From a virus: a DNA stretch of 64,000 nt. The position numbers were made by a program, and so were the translations under genes. The stretch lies in IMG/VR virus record IMGVR_UViG_3300010396_000037; one strand, given 5' to 3'. Of this stretch, positions 18,189 to 28,976 are shown piece after piece. Each line of letters opens with the position of its first letter. Within the stretch, counting starts at the first letter, position 1. The notes beneath the pieces are model-generated. The model saw nothing but the letters and a program-made list of their open reading frames with translations, was not told the DNA's origin and ran no database searches.

Positions 18189-19145
18189 ATGGCAATCAAT
18201 TTCAAAGATTTAAAGCGTGGTTCAGCAGATTCATTTGAGAAGCTGCGTCAGGAAGTAGAAAAGAGCAACACCAATAAGTACAGCAAGGATGAGCGTTACT
18301 GGGAACCAACTGTTGATAAGGATGGCAATGGTTCTGCAATTATTCGTTTCCTGCCAGCTTGTGAGGGCGAAGAAATTCCGTTTGTAAAGTATTTTGATCA
18401 TGGTTTTAAGGGTCCAACTGGACGTTGGTATATCAATCTCTCCAGAACGACTCTGGGCGAAGAGGATCCTGTTTCTGTTCTGAATAGCAAGTTGTGGAAC
18501 TCAAGTAAGGATGATGAGAGTGCTGCTCGTAAGATGGCACGTGCACAACGTCGCCAGTTGCATTATGTCTCAAACATCAAGGTAGTCCGTGATCCAGGAA
18601 ACGTTGCCAATGAAGGTAAAGTGTTCTTGTATCGCTATGGTGCCAAGATCTGGAAGAAGGTCAATGATGTAATGCATCCGGAGTTTGAAGGTGATGAACC
18701 AGTAAATCCATTTGATATGTGGACTGGTGCCAATTTCCGTCTGATTATCAAGAAGGAAAATGGATATCGCTCTTATGAATCTTCTAAGTTTGAATCTGCA
18801 AAACCCATTTCAGATTCGGATGAAGAGATTGAAAAGATCTGGTCTCAAACCTATCCTCTTCTTCCTGAAGTGGCTCCAAACAAGTTCAAGACTTATCAGG
18901 AGCTGGAAGCTAATCTGCGTTCAGTGATTGGTAATTCAGCTGACTTGATTTTGGGCGAAACCAACGCATCAGCAGCGCCAACACAAACTGCGACAAGGCC
19001 TGTTGAAGTTTCAGAGCATGCTAAGAAGGAAGAGACAAGTCCTTCAACTGTTATTGCTAAGCAAGCGGAAGAAGTTGCACAAACTTCAATCTCAGATGAA
19101 GAGGAAGATGAAGCAATGGCATTCTTCAAGGACATTGCAGGTTAA
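18189..19145 (+). CDS. 32: T4 gp32-like single-stranded DNA-binding protein
   Basis: D.R.W.P..DK.GNG.A.IRFLP, HGF.GP, NPFD.W.GANF, acidic tail. Confidence 0.95.
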   Translation: MAINFKDLKRGSADSFEKLRQEVEKSNTNKYSKDERYWEPTVDKDGNGSAIIRFLPACEGEEIPFVKYFDHGFKGPTGRWYINLSRTTLGEEDPVSVLNSKLWNSSKDDESAARKMARAQRRQLHYVSNIKVVRDPGNVANEGKVFLYRYGAKIWKKVNDVMHPEFEGDEPVNPFDMWTGANFRLIIKKENGYRSYESSKFESAKPISDSDEEIEKIWSQTYPLLPEVAPNKFKTYQELEANLRSVIGNSADLILGETNASAAPTQTATRPVEVSEHAKKEETSPSTVIAKQAEEVAQTSISDEEEDEAMAFFKDIAG

Positions 19146-19147
19146 GG

Positions 19148-19423
19148 ATGCCACATTGCAGATGTTCTCATTGTGGACGCAGACAAACATTAACACGTCA
19201 TCCAGATGAATATATCCGAAAACATTATGCTAATTGTCGATTCTGTAAGAAATCGCCAAAAGTCTATGTTGATCACTATAGGGACTCTGGAAAAGAAAGG
19301 AAAAAGCAAGGAAAACCTTGTAATTGTTTAGGATATTTCTTTCCCCACAGGAAAGGGTCTGGATGGTGTGAAAATGGTGGTCCACTATTTTTGAAAAATG
19401 AAGAAAGAGAAAGCTGGAGCTAG
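19148..19423 (+). CDS. Cys/His-rich zinc-binding protein
   Basis: CxxC pairs; C.C.GY.FPHRKGS..C. Confidence 0.7.
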   Translation: MPHCRCSHCGRRQTLTRHPDEYIRKHYANCRFCKKSPKVYVDHYRDSGKERKKQGKPCNCLGYFFPHRKGSGWCENGGPLFLKNEERESWS

Positions 19424-19451
19424 GATACATCTAGACCAGCAAATAAATAGA

Positions 19452-19481
19452 GGGTGCAGTCGCAAGGCTGCATCCTTTTTT
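19452..19481 (+). terminator. Intrinsic terminator next to late promoter TAAATA (19444)
   Basis: GGGTGCAGTC-GCAA-GGCTGCATCC plus T-run. Confidence 0.8.
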
Positions 19482-19501
19482 GTTGATAGAGTACAGATAT
19501 C

Positions 19502-21448
19502 TTGACTGCCCAAATCACTGCAGGTTCACCCAACGTAAAAGTTAATGGTATTCAAGTCGCTCGTGTAAACGACACCACCGATGGTGTAACAGAAGATAGC
19601 GCTGCTGGCATTGCAGGTGCAGTTGTTTCTTCAACTCTAAGCCAGATGCCATCGCCTCTCAGTTGGCCTGATGGGTCCTCTATTGACGCAGCGAATGGGT
19701 TATTGTCTGTCACTGCACCCATAGAATTGCCAGGCGCACCAACATCTAACAATCAAGCCGCGACCAAACAATATGTTGATGAAGCCACTGGTTCTGCTAT
19801 AGTCTATCCAATATCAACTGATAAAGGTGGCACCGGTGCCAATAACATTGCAACCATTGGTAATGCTTTGGTTGGTGATGGTTCTGGTTTCAATTCTGTA
19901 CCCATTTCTGGAGACATAACTCTTCACAGCAACGGATTAATAACTGTTGTGAAATTGGGTGGAAACTCTTATGGTAATACAGTCTACCATTCATCAGATG
20001 ATTTCGCAGGCAATAATGCTGTTTTGCCTACACAATTAACTGCGAACCTTGCTAATTACACCAATACTGAAGTTCTAACTGCAAATTATCCGAACACAAC
20101 GCAATTGTCATCTAATTTAGCGAACTATGCAGCTCTTTCTGGTGCAACATTTTCAGGCAATGTTACAATCAGCACGCATCTATCAGTTGTAAAATCAGCA
20201 ACTTTTTCTAATACTCTGACTCTTGCAGCAGATCCTTCTTCTGCATTACAAGCCGCTACTAAGCAGTATGTAGACTCTCAAGTGAGCGGCGGCACAGTGC
20301 CAACCGGCAATGCTGGTGGTGTTTTGACTGGGTCCTATCCTAATCCCACAATCAATTCTTCCGCGTCAATAACCATCACCAATTTAACAGCACAAGGTAA
20401 CATTGTATTATCAACTAATGGAGTCAATATTCTTAATGGGGGATATTTGTTTGCAGCACCGGGTGGAGCATATGCAAATGTGGGTGGAGGGGGAGGTACA
20501 CTAGTTATTGGAACGAGTGCGAATGTTGCTGACGTAATAGCATTCGCTAATAGTTCTGGCACTCAATGGAATATGAATTCATCTGGAACAGTGAATCAAA
20601 ACGGAGCATTGATTGTTAACAACACCATAACATCTACTAATCTTTCTGGTAATAATACAGGAGATCAAGACCTTTCTGGACTTTTGTCCAAAACAGGTGG
20701 AACAGTCACAGGATTGACTGAATTTACAGGAGGCCAGGCTTCTGTTATCGGCACCGCTACCAGTGGATTGGGCGCAATTTGGTGTTATAATAATAGTCCC
20801 ACAGGTGCTGGTGCATTCATGACATTCCACAGAAATGGAATTTTCGCATGCTATTTTGGACTTGATTCAGACAACCAGTTAAAAATTGGCGGATGGTCAT
20901 TTGGTGCAGCTTCATATCGTATTGTGCATGAAGGACTAACAAATCCTGTACTATCCGGCAACACCACTTCTACTGGATTTTTAACCAATGGGGATTGGTA
21001 TCGCAGCACAGGGCAGATGGGTTGGTATAACAATACTTATGCTGGTGGTTGGTATATGACTGATACAACGTATGTGAGGTCATATACCAATAAGGCAGTA
21101 ATGGCGTCAGATTTCGTTATTTCATCAGATAGAAAACTAAAGAACAATATTCAGGATATGGCGCCTCGTCCTAGACTGCGTCCACGCACGTTTGTCATGA
21201 AAGACACAGGCAAACTTGAATTCGGATTCATAGCTCAAGAATTAGAAGAAGATTATCCAGAAGTAGTGGGAGAAGTCACAACCGAAACTGGGGAAAAGAT
21301 CAAACAAGTTTCCTACTCCAAGTTAACTGCGGCATTGGCTGCACAAATAAATGATTTAGGAGATGTTGTTAAACAGCAATCTATTAAAATCGAATGTTTA
21401 CAACAAGAATTGCTTGATCTCAAACAACATTTGGAGAAATATCTATGA
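19502..21448 (+). CDS. Tail fibre protein with C-terminal S74-type intramolecular chaperone
   Basis: AATKQYVD repeats, SDRKLKNNI, GFIAQE, coiled-coil end. Confidence 0.88.
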   Translation: MTAQITAGSPNVKVNGIQVARVNDTTDGVTEDSAAGIAGAVVSSTLSQMPSPLSWPDGSSIDAANGLLSVTAPIELPGAPTSNNQAATKQYVDEATGSAIVYPISTDKGGTGANNIATIGNALVGDGSGFNSVPISGDITLHSNGLITVVKLGGNSYGNTVYHSSDDFAGNNAVLPTQLTANLANYTNTEVLTANYPNTTQLSSNLANYAALSGATFSGNVTISTHLSVVKSATFSNTLTLAADPSSALQAATKQYVDSQVSGGTVPTGNAGGVLTGSYPNPTINSSASITITNLTAQGNIVLSTNGVNILNGGYLFAAPGGAYANVGGGGGTLVIGTSANVADVIAFANSSGTQWNMNSSGTVNQNGALIVNNTITSTNLSGNNTGDQDLSGLLSKTGGTVTGLTEFTGGQASVIGTATSGLGAIWCYNNSPTGAGAFMTFHRNGIFACYFGLDSDNQLKIGGWSFGAASYRIVHEGLTNPVLSGNTTSTGFLTNGDWYRSTGQMGWYNNTYAGGWYMTDTTYVRSYTNKAVMASDFVISSDRKLKNNIQDMAPRPRLRPRTFVMKDTGKLEFGFIAQELEEDYPEVVGEVTTETGEKIKQVSYSKLTAALAAQINDLGDVVKQQSIKIECLQQELLDLKQHLEKYL

Positions 21449-21825
21449 ATTATGTTCCAGGCAGCACTGATCCCGCCACCAATTCCAGATTCGCTGATTT
21501 GGGTGCAAACACCAATAGCGAGATGCTCGCTCCGATGACACAGTTGATTTGGAATCCTGTGTCTGGAGAAACTGCTGTTTCTTTCCAAAGTGCCCCTTAT
21601 ATATCTGTAGCAAACACATACCATCAATTGAGTAATAATCCTAACACATTATATGTTGATCTCTCGCAGAAACTAGCAACTTGTTATGGTGAACCTCTAG
21701 GAACGTTAGTTGATCCAGTGACTGGAGCAGACCTGACCAAAATTTCAGTAGCAGGTATCATGACTCTGATCAAGACCGCTTATGATCAAGAATATAATGT
21801 TAAAACTCCTCCAGGAAGCAATTAA
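21445..21825 (+). CDS. tail-fibre-associated protein
   Basis: Position; DPVTGADL motif. Confidence 0.7.
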   Translation: MNYVPGSTDPATNSRFADLGANTNSEMLAPMTQLIWNPVSGETAVSFQSAPYISVANTYHQLSNNPNTLYVDLSQKLATCYGEPLGTLVDPVTGADLTKISVAGIMTLIKTAYDQEYNVKTPPGSN

Positions 21826-21827
21826 GA

Positions 21828-22331
21828 ATGACGATAACTGCTCCAGTTTCACTCACCAAGATCAAGACAGAATTCGGTGGTCCGAACAATCTAAGTGCCT
21901 ATGTTCGTGGTGGCAGTTATGTGCCTAACACTGCAGCTAATGCTAACGTCAGTGCAACTGTAGCAGGGTTGGCGATAAGTCAATTTCTTGGTGCAACCAA
22001 TTACGTTAATGTCAGCGCATCAGTAAGTCCGACTTCTATATCCCATACTGGTACAGGTACAACTGCCAGTGGACCATCTGGTTCATCAGGAACAGTTACA
22101 GCATCTGGTTCTGGCGGGTCTGGTAGTTATACTTTCTCTTGGTCAAGAGTCAGTGGAGACACAAACACTGCCATTTCATCCGCAACTGTAGCTGCTGTCA
22201 CCTTCTCCAGGACAGGTTGCGTGGATGGTACCAATTATGTATCAACTTGGCGTTGTCTCGTATCAGATGGAACAACTTCAGCTTTCACTCCTAACGTGAC
22301 TGTAACATTGAGTTACACCCGAACCGCTTAA
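21828..22331 (+). CDS. putative fibre-tip adhesin (gp38-like arrangement)
   Basis: VSL..I..EFGG...LSAY...ISQF N-terminus; beta-rich C-domain. Confidence 0.65.
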   Translation: MTITAPVSLTKIKTEFGGPNNLSAYVRGGSYVPNTAANANVSATVAGLAISQFLGATNYVNVSASVSPTSISHTGTGTTASGPSGSSGTVTASGSGGSGSYTFSWSRVSGDTNTAISSATVAAVTFSRTGCVDGTNYVSTWRCLVSDGTTSAFTPNVTVTLSYTRTA

Positions 22332-22372
22332 CTTTCAAATAAATACACTAGTCTAACCATTGTTGCCAAGAA

Positions 22373-23107
22373 ATGTCTAATCTTGTAATCTCCAGAAGAT
22401 TCACTGACTTCCCTGTTGTGGTTGCTAATGGCATCACCACGTCTAACACTTGGTTGTTGATTCAAGACAATCTACCGAACGCCAATGGTGGTGTGGGTAA
22501 CACTTACAGAATAACAGTGCAACAGGCTGTAGCTGCTGCAGGCAATGTTCAGGTAGCCACAAGTAATTCAACAACTTATGCCGCCCCTACTCCATCTCGC
22601 AGATGGATTGATTTCCCAGTAGCCATCTCCAATGTATCTATTTCAAACACATGGGTTCTGGCACAAGACAATTTGCCGAATTCTAATGGTGGGTCAGGCC
22701 ATACATTCCGTCTAAACTTGCAAACCATTGTACAAGCTGGGTCTAATTCTGAACCTCTACAATTGTTCGTCGCAAACAGTGCAGTTGATCTGCCAGCAGC
22801 AAACCAACATCCTAGCACTATTGCTCTGGTTGCCAATGTTTCAACAGGTGCATTGTCTGTTTATTCCTCAAATGGTACAGAATGGTCTACTGCGCAAGGT
22901 GGTGGCGGAGGTGACGCATTCTTCAAATTCAACCAATCTCAAGCAAATTCAACATGGAATATCAACCATGGTCTAAATAAATACCCTAGTGTAACAGTTG
23001 TGGATACAGCCGGAACACAAGGTTTTGGCACAGTTGGTTATGTTGACTCTAACAATGTAACTGTCTCTTTTTCTGCAGCCTTCGCTGGCACGGCATATCT
23101 AAACTAA
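22373..23107 (+). CDS. virion protein with duplicated N-terminal module
   Basis: Late promoter; SRR..DFPV...QDNLPN twice; W.INHGL.KYPSV. Confidence 0.75.
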   Translation: MSNLVISRRFTDFPVVVANGITTSNTWLLIQDNLPNANGGVGNTYRITVQQAVAAAGNVQVATSNSTTYAAPTPSRRWIDFPVAISNVSISNTWVLAQDNLPNSNGGSGHTFRLNLQTIVQAGSNSEPLQLFVANSAVDLPAANQHPSTIALVANVSTGALSVYSSNGTEWSTAQGGGGGDAFFKFNQSQANSTWNINHGLNKYPSVTVVDTAGTQGFGTVGYVDSNNVTVSFSAAFAGTAYLN

Positions 23108-23119
23108 TTAGGAAGTACA

Positions 23120-24172
23120 ATGGCAATCACTTATCTTGACAATGTAGATTTGAAACAAAACCAATTGTTGAACGTGGTGGTGCAAGTTTTGTCTACTCCT
23201 CCTGCTTCTCCATTCGCAGGACAGGTCTACTACAATTCTGTTCAGAACAGTCTTTATCAATATAATGGCACTGCTTGGGTTGTTCTTGACGCAACCAAGG
23301 CTGTTAACATACCTGTTTCCGCATTGAATTCTGGGCAGTTAACATCTTCAATCACTGGTACCACCTTGAATTCATTTGCTGCTCCAACAGCGAATGTAAG
23401 CATGAACAACCGCAACATCACCAATTTGGCTGATCCTGTTGCCAACACTGATGCCGCCACCAAAGCATATGTTCTGTCCGCAGCACAATCTGCTGCTGCT
23501 GGATTGGATGTAAAGAACGCTGTAAATGCTGCTACCACTGCAAACATCACTCTTTCTGGCCTACAGACCATTGACGGCGTGTCTCTGACGGGTGGACAAC
23601 GCGTCCTTGTCAAGAATCAAAGCAATGCTGCATTGAATGGTATTTACATTGCCAATTCAACTGCGTGGGGTCTAGCGAATGACTCTATCACTGGCGAGCT
23701 AACAACTGGTGCATTGGTTCTTTCAGTAGGCGGTTCAACTCAAGCAGGAACACAATGGTATTTGACAACACCTGATCCTATTACTGTTGGAACAACCAAC
23801 CAGACTTGGACCCAATTTGGTGCAGGTGGTACATATACAGCATCAGCATCTGGTGGTTTGCAATTGATTGGAAGTGCATTCAGTGTATTGCTTCCTGCTG
23901 GGTCAGGATTGGTAGCAGATTCAACAGGTTTGTACGTCAACAATTCAGTCTATGGTCGCAAATATTCTGCCAACGTTGGTGATGGATCATCCACAACTAT
24001 CAACATCACGCATGGTCTAGGAACACAGGATGTTATCGTACAATTAAGAAACAACGCAAGTCCATATGATATGCAATATGCTACTGTTGAATGCACCAAC
24101 ACAACTGTTGTCACTTTGATTTTCTCGGCAGCACCTTCAGCAAATGCTTTGCGCGCAACTGTGATTGGTTAA
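23120..24172 (+). CDS. fibre/head decoration-like structural protein
   Basis: DAATKAYV, LSGLQTIDGV..RVLVKNQ..NGIY, THGLGT.DV. Confidence 0.8.
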   Translation: MAITYLDNVDLKQNQLLNVVVQVLSTPPASPFAGQVYYNSVQNSLYQYNGTAWVVLDATKAVNIPVSALNSGQLTSSITGTTLNSFAAPTANVSMNNRNITNLADPVANTDAATKAYVLSAAQSAAAGLDVKNAVNAATTANITLSGLQTIDGVSLTGGQRVLVKNQSNAALNGIYIANSTAWGLANDSITGELTTGALVLSVGGSTQAGTQWYLTTPDPITVGTTNQTWTQFGAGGTYTASASGGLQLIGSAFSVLLPAGSGLVADSTGLYVNNSVYGRKYSANVGDGSSTTINITHGLGTQDVIVQLRNNASPYDMQYATVECTNTTVVTLIFSAAPSANALRATVIG

Positions 24173-24175
24173 TAG

Positions 24176-24505
24176 ATGTCAAACATAACTTTCCTGACGC
24201 CACCACTGCCATTACCGATTAACACGGTAACAGCAAATACATATACACTGGTGGTCACTGACCAAAGAAATGGTATCCTTTGCACCAACACTGCAAACAT
24301 TAGTGTCACAATAGCCAACAATGCAACTGTTCCTATGCCCCTGGGTGCGACAGTTCCTATGCGTCAAGCCAATACAGGCGCGATTTCTATATCTGCTGGA
24401 ACAGGGGTGACTCTGCTCACTCCTAATGGAGCCAATACAAGTGGTTCAGCTGGAGATGCCAGAGTTGCAGAACAAATTGTAATTGACACTTGGATTATCT
24501 GGTAA
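24176..24505 (+). CDS. structural protein
   Basis: YTLV..D fibre-associated domain. Confidence 0.7.
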   Translation: MSNITFLTPPLPLPINTVTANTYTLVVTDQRNGILCTNTANISVTIANNATVPMPLGATVPMRQANTGAISISAGTGVTLLTPNGANTSGSAGDARVAEQIVIDTWIIW

Positions 24506-25206
24506 TGCTTCACAGTTGTTTGTTGAAACAAAGAGCATTAACGAATCATCTGCCAACTGGTGGAGTGCCAACATTAATCCAGAATCCATCAACTTACTCA
24601 ACTGGTGCACTTGGTACATCATTAGTCTACACTCTACCAGCAACTCCTGTCAATGGGCATCCTATCTTAATTGGAGTATGCGGATCTCTGGCACCAACAT
24701 TATCAATATCTGATAACGGAGCCACTTCAGGTGCATGGGTGTTAGTTAAAGCGTTTAACGCTAGCACAGAACAATTGAAAGTGTATAAGAAAATTGCTGG
24801 TGGTGATGAAACTACAATCACGATCACGGCAAGCGCAAGTGCTTATATGTCTGTAAAATATTATGAAACGACTGGCAGTGGTAATATAGAAAACATAAAT
24901 GCTAACTATGTATCTTCCGCATCTAGTCCTGTTTCCTTTGGTCCTCTGGTAGCACCAACCCAACCAAATGCTATTCCATTAATGTTCTTTGGTTGGCGTA
25001 AAACCAATGCTGCGGCTGGTGGTGGTGGAGATTCCGTAACATCACCATGGTTGTTATCACCGCCTCCCATCGTGGTAAATGATGCAATATCCTCTGCGTA
25101 TCAGTTAAATCCTCCGGGCAGTGGCGTGAGTGGCACAATCAGCTACACGGACACCGTGCGCAATGGCAATGCGTTTACTTGGATAGGATTTTTCCTTGAT
25201 CCATAA
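24505..25206 (+). CDS. structural protein
   Basis: Beta-rich ORF in the fibre module. Confidence 0.7.
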   Translation: MLHSCLLKQRALTNHLPTGGVPTLIQNPSTYSTGALGTSLVYTLPATPVNGHPILIGVCGSLAPTLSISDNGATSGAWVLVKAFNASTEQLKVYKKIAGGDETTITITASASAYMSVKYYETTGSGNIENINANYVSSASSPVSFGPLVAPTQPNAIPLMFFGWRKTNAAAGGGGDSVTSPWLLSPPPIVVNDAISSAYQLNPPGSGVSGTISYTDTVRNGNAFTWIGFFLDP

Positions 25207-25260
25207 ATATATCAGCTAAATAATTTTTACAGGGATACACGCAAAACCGAGGAACGTTTA

Positions 25261-27900
25261 ATGACAACTCCTGTTTTTACAGATACTATCCTATACACAG
25301 TAAACAATGTTTCATATCCCAGATTTGAAGAAGCTTTGGCTGCGTCTCAAAGTCTTTCATTGCCTGTAACTATTACAGCATCTGGTTCTCTTGTTATTTC
25401 AGATGCAACATCTAATACAACTCCTCCAGCGAACACAACACCAGACCCACCTGTAGCCAATGTGTCATCCAACGTGGTTGCCAGTGTGCATGTGGTTTGT
25501 TCTAACCAAACTGTTACTTTCACGGATCAATCAGTAAGTGCTCTGCCTTTGACATCTGTTACAGTTGGATACGGATTGGGCGGAACTGCTAAGGAAATCG
25601 GAGCTGGTGGTTCAGCTACAAAAGATTATCCAAATCCAGGAACATTTAATGCTGCACTTGTATCCACAGACAGTAGTGGCGTCAAGAGCACAGTTCTTTT
25701 CCGTGTAACAGTGCCCGGAACGAGTGATAATGTTTACACGGCAGGTGCTCCAACATCTCCACCTACTGGTAACACTAGCAGCAACACAAGTAGCAATACT
25801 GGCGGCACGAGTGGTTCCCCTCCAGTGGCGTCATTTAAGATCACCCAAGATGGTTTGACAGTGACGTTGACCGACACCAGCACTGACAAGGACGCCGACA
25901 TTGTTGACGTGGCTGTGAATTGGGGCGATGGCGCATTGGATCCAGATATTGGCAAGGGCGCAGTTGTTTCTCATACATATGCCCAGAATGGATCCTACAC
26001 TATCTTAGAATCAGTTGCAGATTCAACAGGAAACACCAGCAAGGTATCTAAGGATGTATATGCAGTTCCTGCTAATACACCTGCGACAGCTGACTTTGAT
26101 GTGGTGGTAAACGGACTTGATATCGTAGTGACCGATAAGTCACAACGTGGTAGTGTTCCATTGGCTACCGCCGTATGGCAATGGGGAGATTTCCCTGGTT
26201 CAAGCCCAACAGTGCCGCCAGGTGGTACAATGCGACATGGCTTTGATGTTGCTGGTACTTACCCAGTCATGATGCGAATTTCAGACGCTTCTGGCAGTGG
26301 TGCTGCTGTAACTAAACAAGTCACTGTATCTGGTGTGCGTGCGGCTCCATTAAACATTCCATCACCTGACTCTGTTACAGTGGTGTGGACTCCAGTAGGT
26401 GGTACTCCAATCACCATCAATCCAAAATTGGGCGAATGCGTACCATTCGTTGCTGGAGACCCAACCAAAGGTGGCGCCAAATATTATGCAGATGGTCTAT
26501 GTGTAACTCTAGAAAACATGTACGCAGGGACCACTGGTGACTTGTCTGGTCATTTCACTATCACTGCCGCTGGTGTTACCGTATTCGATGGTGACCTGAC
26601 TCTGTATGTTGGAGCTGGTTCACGACCATTCTGGTTACGAACACCAACTTTGGTAACAGACCCAGATCTATCATTGTTCCCTGAATTGGTTGATGCTCCA
26701 ACTGCCAGCATGTGGAATTCATACCATGCTGCTGATAATAGTCCAACTGGTTATGGTTGCGATATCTCAGCTATGGGTACTGCTGGTGAACATGCGCATT
26801 TAGGACAACCATATCCTCAGTGGGATGCTTGCCATCGTACCAACCCTAGTGATCAAAATACCGAAGTTGTACTTGGCATGGCTAACGCTTCACGTGTATG
26901 GAGTTCGCATTGGCGTGATATCACTACTGGTCAGATGATTGATGTTACACAGTATCCTAAGATCAGCACCTTGTCAGCATTCCGAGGTATCCAAGGCAAT
27001 CCAATTGCACCATATACAACTAGCAATCCAACACAGTTGGGACAAGCGCAAGCTCATGCTACCAACTTCTGTGCATATGCTGCAGTGGTATTCGGTACTG
27101 AATATCACAAAGAGGAGTTGGCGATGTGGAGTAATTACTACTCCGCATTGTGGCAGAACTATGCTTATCGTTTACCTGCTGGTTGTGTAAGTGTACAGCA
27201 TGGTATCGTGCGTGGTAAAGGCCGTGGACTGACTGCATTGGTGTATGCTGCAAAATACTCCAGCAATCCAGCTTACTTTGACAAATGGGTTCTGGCTATT
27301 GCAGCTGATTACAATGCATTCTATCCAGCGCAACAAGGTTTTGCTATTGATCAGACAGCCAAAGGACAAGGATATCCTCATCAGGAATATGCTCCATGGC
27401 AACAACAAATCCTGATCACGGGTATTGGATTGGCTATGTTGGCTGGTTACAGTGAATTTCAACCGACCTTGGATTATTTCGCTACAGTTGCATTTGACGC
27501 GATCCTAAGCGATGGTGCTCAACCTGTATTGCAACACGAGTTTGCTACTGTGTACAATTCAGGATTGATACGCGCAGATGGTTCAGGTCCTGTCTCTGAC
27601 TGGCGTGAAAGTATCAACTTGGCTGGTACTTATGATGCTGCTGTTGCTGCCGCATTGTTGTGTCCAGAAGACTCTGCCGCATTGCAGTCTGCTAAAGGTG
27701 GTGGACAACCAGGTAACTTTATTGGATCACCAACTTCTCCAGTGGGGTATCCTGCTATCGCACGTCCATCATATGCGTTGTTGTTCCGATTTGCTACTGA
27801 CCAAGTGCGCGCACAAGCAGCTGGTCAAAAATTTGAACAATATGATGTAGCTGATTATTCAACCAACCCAAAGTATGGATACAAGTTCATCACTAAGTAA
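25261..27900 (+). CDS. PKD-repeat protein with helical C-terminal domain (possible glycan-active virion protein)
   Basis: FTD.S, WGDG, HTYA..G.Y PKD motifs; APWQ C-domain; late promoter. Confidence 0.8.
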   Translation: MTTPVFTDTILYTVNNVSYPRFEEALAASQSLSLPVTITASGSLVISDATSNTTPPANTTPDPPVANVSSNVVASVHVVCSNQTVTFTDQSVSALPLTSVTVGYGLGGTAKEIGAGGSATKDYPNPGTFNAALVSTDSSGVKSTVLFRVTVPGTSDNVYTAGAPTSPPTGNTSSNTSSNTGGTSGSPPVASFKITQDGLTVTLTDTSTDKDADIVDVAVNWGDGALDPDIGKGAVVSHTYAQNGSYTILESVADSTGNTSKVSKDVYAVPANTPATADFDVVVNGLDIVVTDKSQRGSVPLATAVWQWGDFPGSSPTVPPGGTMRHGFDVAGTYPVMMRISDASGSGAAVTKQVTVSGVRAAPLNIPSPDSVTVVWTPVGGTPITINPKLGECVPFVAGDPTKGGAKYYADGLCVTLENMYAGTTGDLSGHFTITAAGVTVFDGDLTLYVGAGSRPFWLRTPTLVTDPDLSLFPELVDAPTASMWNSYHAADNSPTGYGCDISAMGTAGEHAHLGQPYPQWDACHRTNPSDQNTEVVLGMANASRVWSSHWRDITTGQMIDVTQYPKISTLSAFRGIQGNPIAPYTTSNPTQLGQAQAHATNFCAYAAVVFGTEYHKEELAMWSNYYSALWQNYAYRLPAGCVSVQHGIVRGKGRGLTALVYAAKYSSNPAYFDKWVLAIAADYNAFYPAQQGFAIDQTAKGQGYPHQEYAPWQQQILITGIGLAMLAGYSEFQPTLDYFATVAFDAILSDGAQPVLQHEFATVYNSGLIRADGSGPVSDWRESINLAGTYDAAVAAALLCPEDSAALQSAKGGGQPGNFIGSPTSPVGYPAIARPSYALLFRFATDQVRAQAAGQKFEQYDVADYSTNPKYGYKFITK

Positions 27901-27978
27901 TTGTTGTTGATCAATGTTGTTAGCATAAGCAGCCCAGGCAACTTGGCTGCTTATTGCTATTCGCCAGAGGTTTGCCAT

Positions 27979-28019
27979 TTAACATCCGTTAAGCTCTCTT
28001 CCAATTTTTCAGGTATAAT
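27979..28019 (+). promoter_or_regulatory. Phage promoter TTAACatccGTTAA-N21-TATAAT
   Basis: Recurring motif. Confidence 0.8.
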
Positions 28020-28051
28020 AATTCTTGTTGGAACAGCCATTGGAGTTTAAA

Positions 28052-28633
28052 ATGAAAGCTTTCGTGATTGCTCTAGTTTTGGTGACTGCTAACGCTTTTG
28101 CTGCGCCAGTTTCCTCAACCATTTCAGCTTTCAAGTTGAGCCATGTCCCTTCGGTTGCTGTTTCCGTTGTGACTTCTGAACCTGGTGAAAGTTTGAAGCA
28201 GTTTTTGATGAATCAGGTCCGTCCTGCTTTGCGTGGCTTCACTGATAAGACCGACTTGGAAGGGTGCGGTGAAGTGGCTTTTAACTCGGCCACCAAGCAA
28301 TATTCGGTGATGCTGTTCTCAAGCAAGAGCCATCTGGCTTGCGTTGTTGACTCTAACAAAGTTGAGGCTGGGTTCTCTGCCTTGAATGTTAGCATCCACT
28401 CACACGGTTTTCCTTCCCCCTTCACGGTGAATCGCGCTGATCGTGTATTTACTGGTCTGGAAAATGATAGTCGTCCCTTGATGATTGGTGGCGAGAATGA
28501 TGAACACTTCTCTGCTACTGACTATGCTGGTGGTGCTGGTTTCTTGGCCACTCCAACCACGGTTCGCTTTCAGAATGGTTCGGCTGGTTCTGAATGCGAT
28601 GTGAAAACTGTTACTTGCGCTACCAAGTTCTGA
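28052..28633 (+). CDS. exported protein with JAB/MPN-like motif
   Basis: Signal peptide AFA; E.CG, IHSHG, FS.TD. Confidence 0.7.
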   Translation: MKAFVIALVLVTANAFAAPVSSTISAFKLSHVPSVAVSVVTSEPGESLKQFLMNQVRPALRGFTDKTDLEGCGEVAFNSATKQYSVMLFSSKSHLACVVDSNKVEAGFSALNVSIHSHGFPSPFTVNRADRVFTGLENDSRPLMIGGENDEHFSATDYAGGAGFLATPTTVRFQNGSAGSECDVKTVTCATKF

Positions 28634-28643
28634 GGACAACACC

Positions 28644-28958
28644 ATGAAAATTCAACTGAATCCTGCTGGACACAAAAGTTTGCAAGAATTTGCCAAAGTG
28701 AATGATCTTGTATTGGAAGTAAATGAAAGGGAACCAGAATTTCTTGCTGGTAGAAAATTGCCTCGCTATTATGTTGAGTTTCAGCGATGCGAAATCAAAG
28801 ATGACTACATCCTGACTTCTGCCACTGGTAATGGCGACACCATTGAAGAAGCTTTGGCAGATTATGCTAAGCAGATCAGTAGAAAGCAACTGGTGTTCAA
28901 TGCGTATGACCAAGACACTCGGCGAGTGATTTACGCTCCTTCGCTGTATTTTGAATGA
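28644..28958 (+). CDS. hypothetical protein
   Basis: GAGG RBS; G.GDTIEEAL motif. Confidence 0.7.
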   Translation: MKIQLNPAGHKSLQEFAKVNDLVLEVNEREPEFLAGRKLPRYYVEFQRCEIKDDYILTSATGNGDTIEEALADYAKQISRKQLVFNAYDQDTRRVIYAPSLYFE

Positions 28959-28976
28959 ATTCAGAGGAGAATAACA

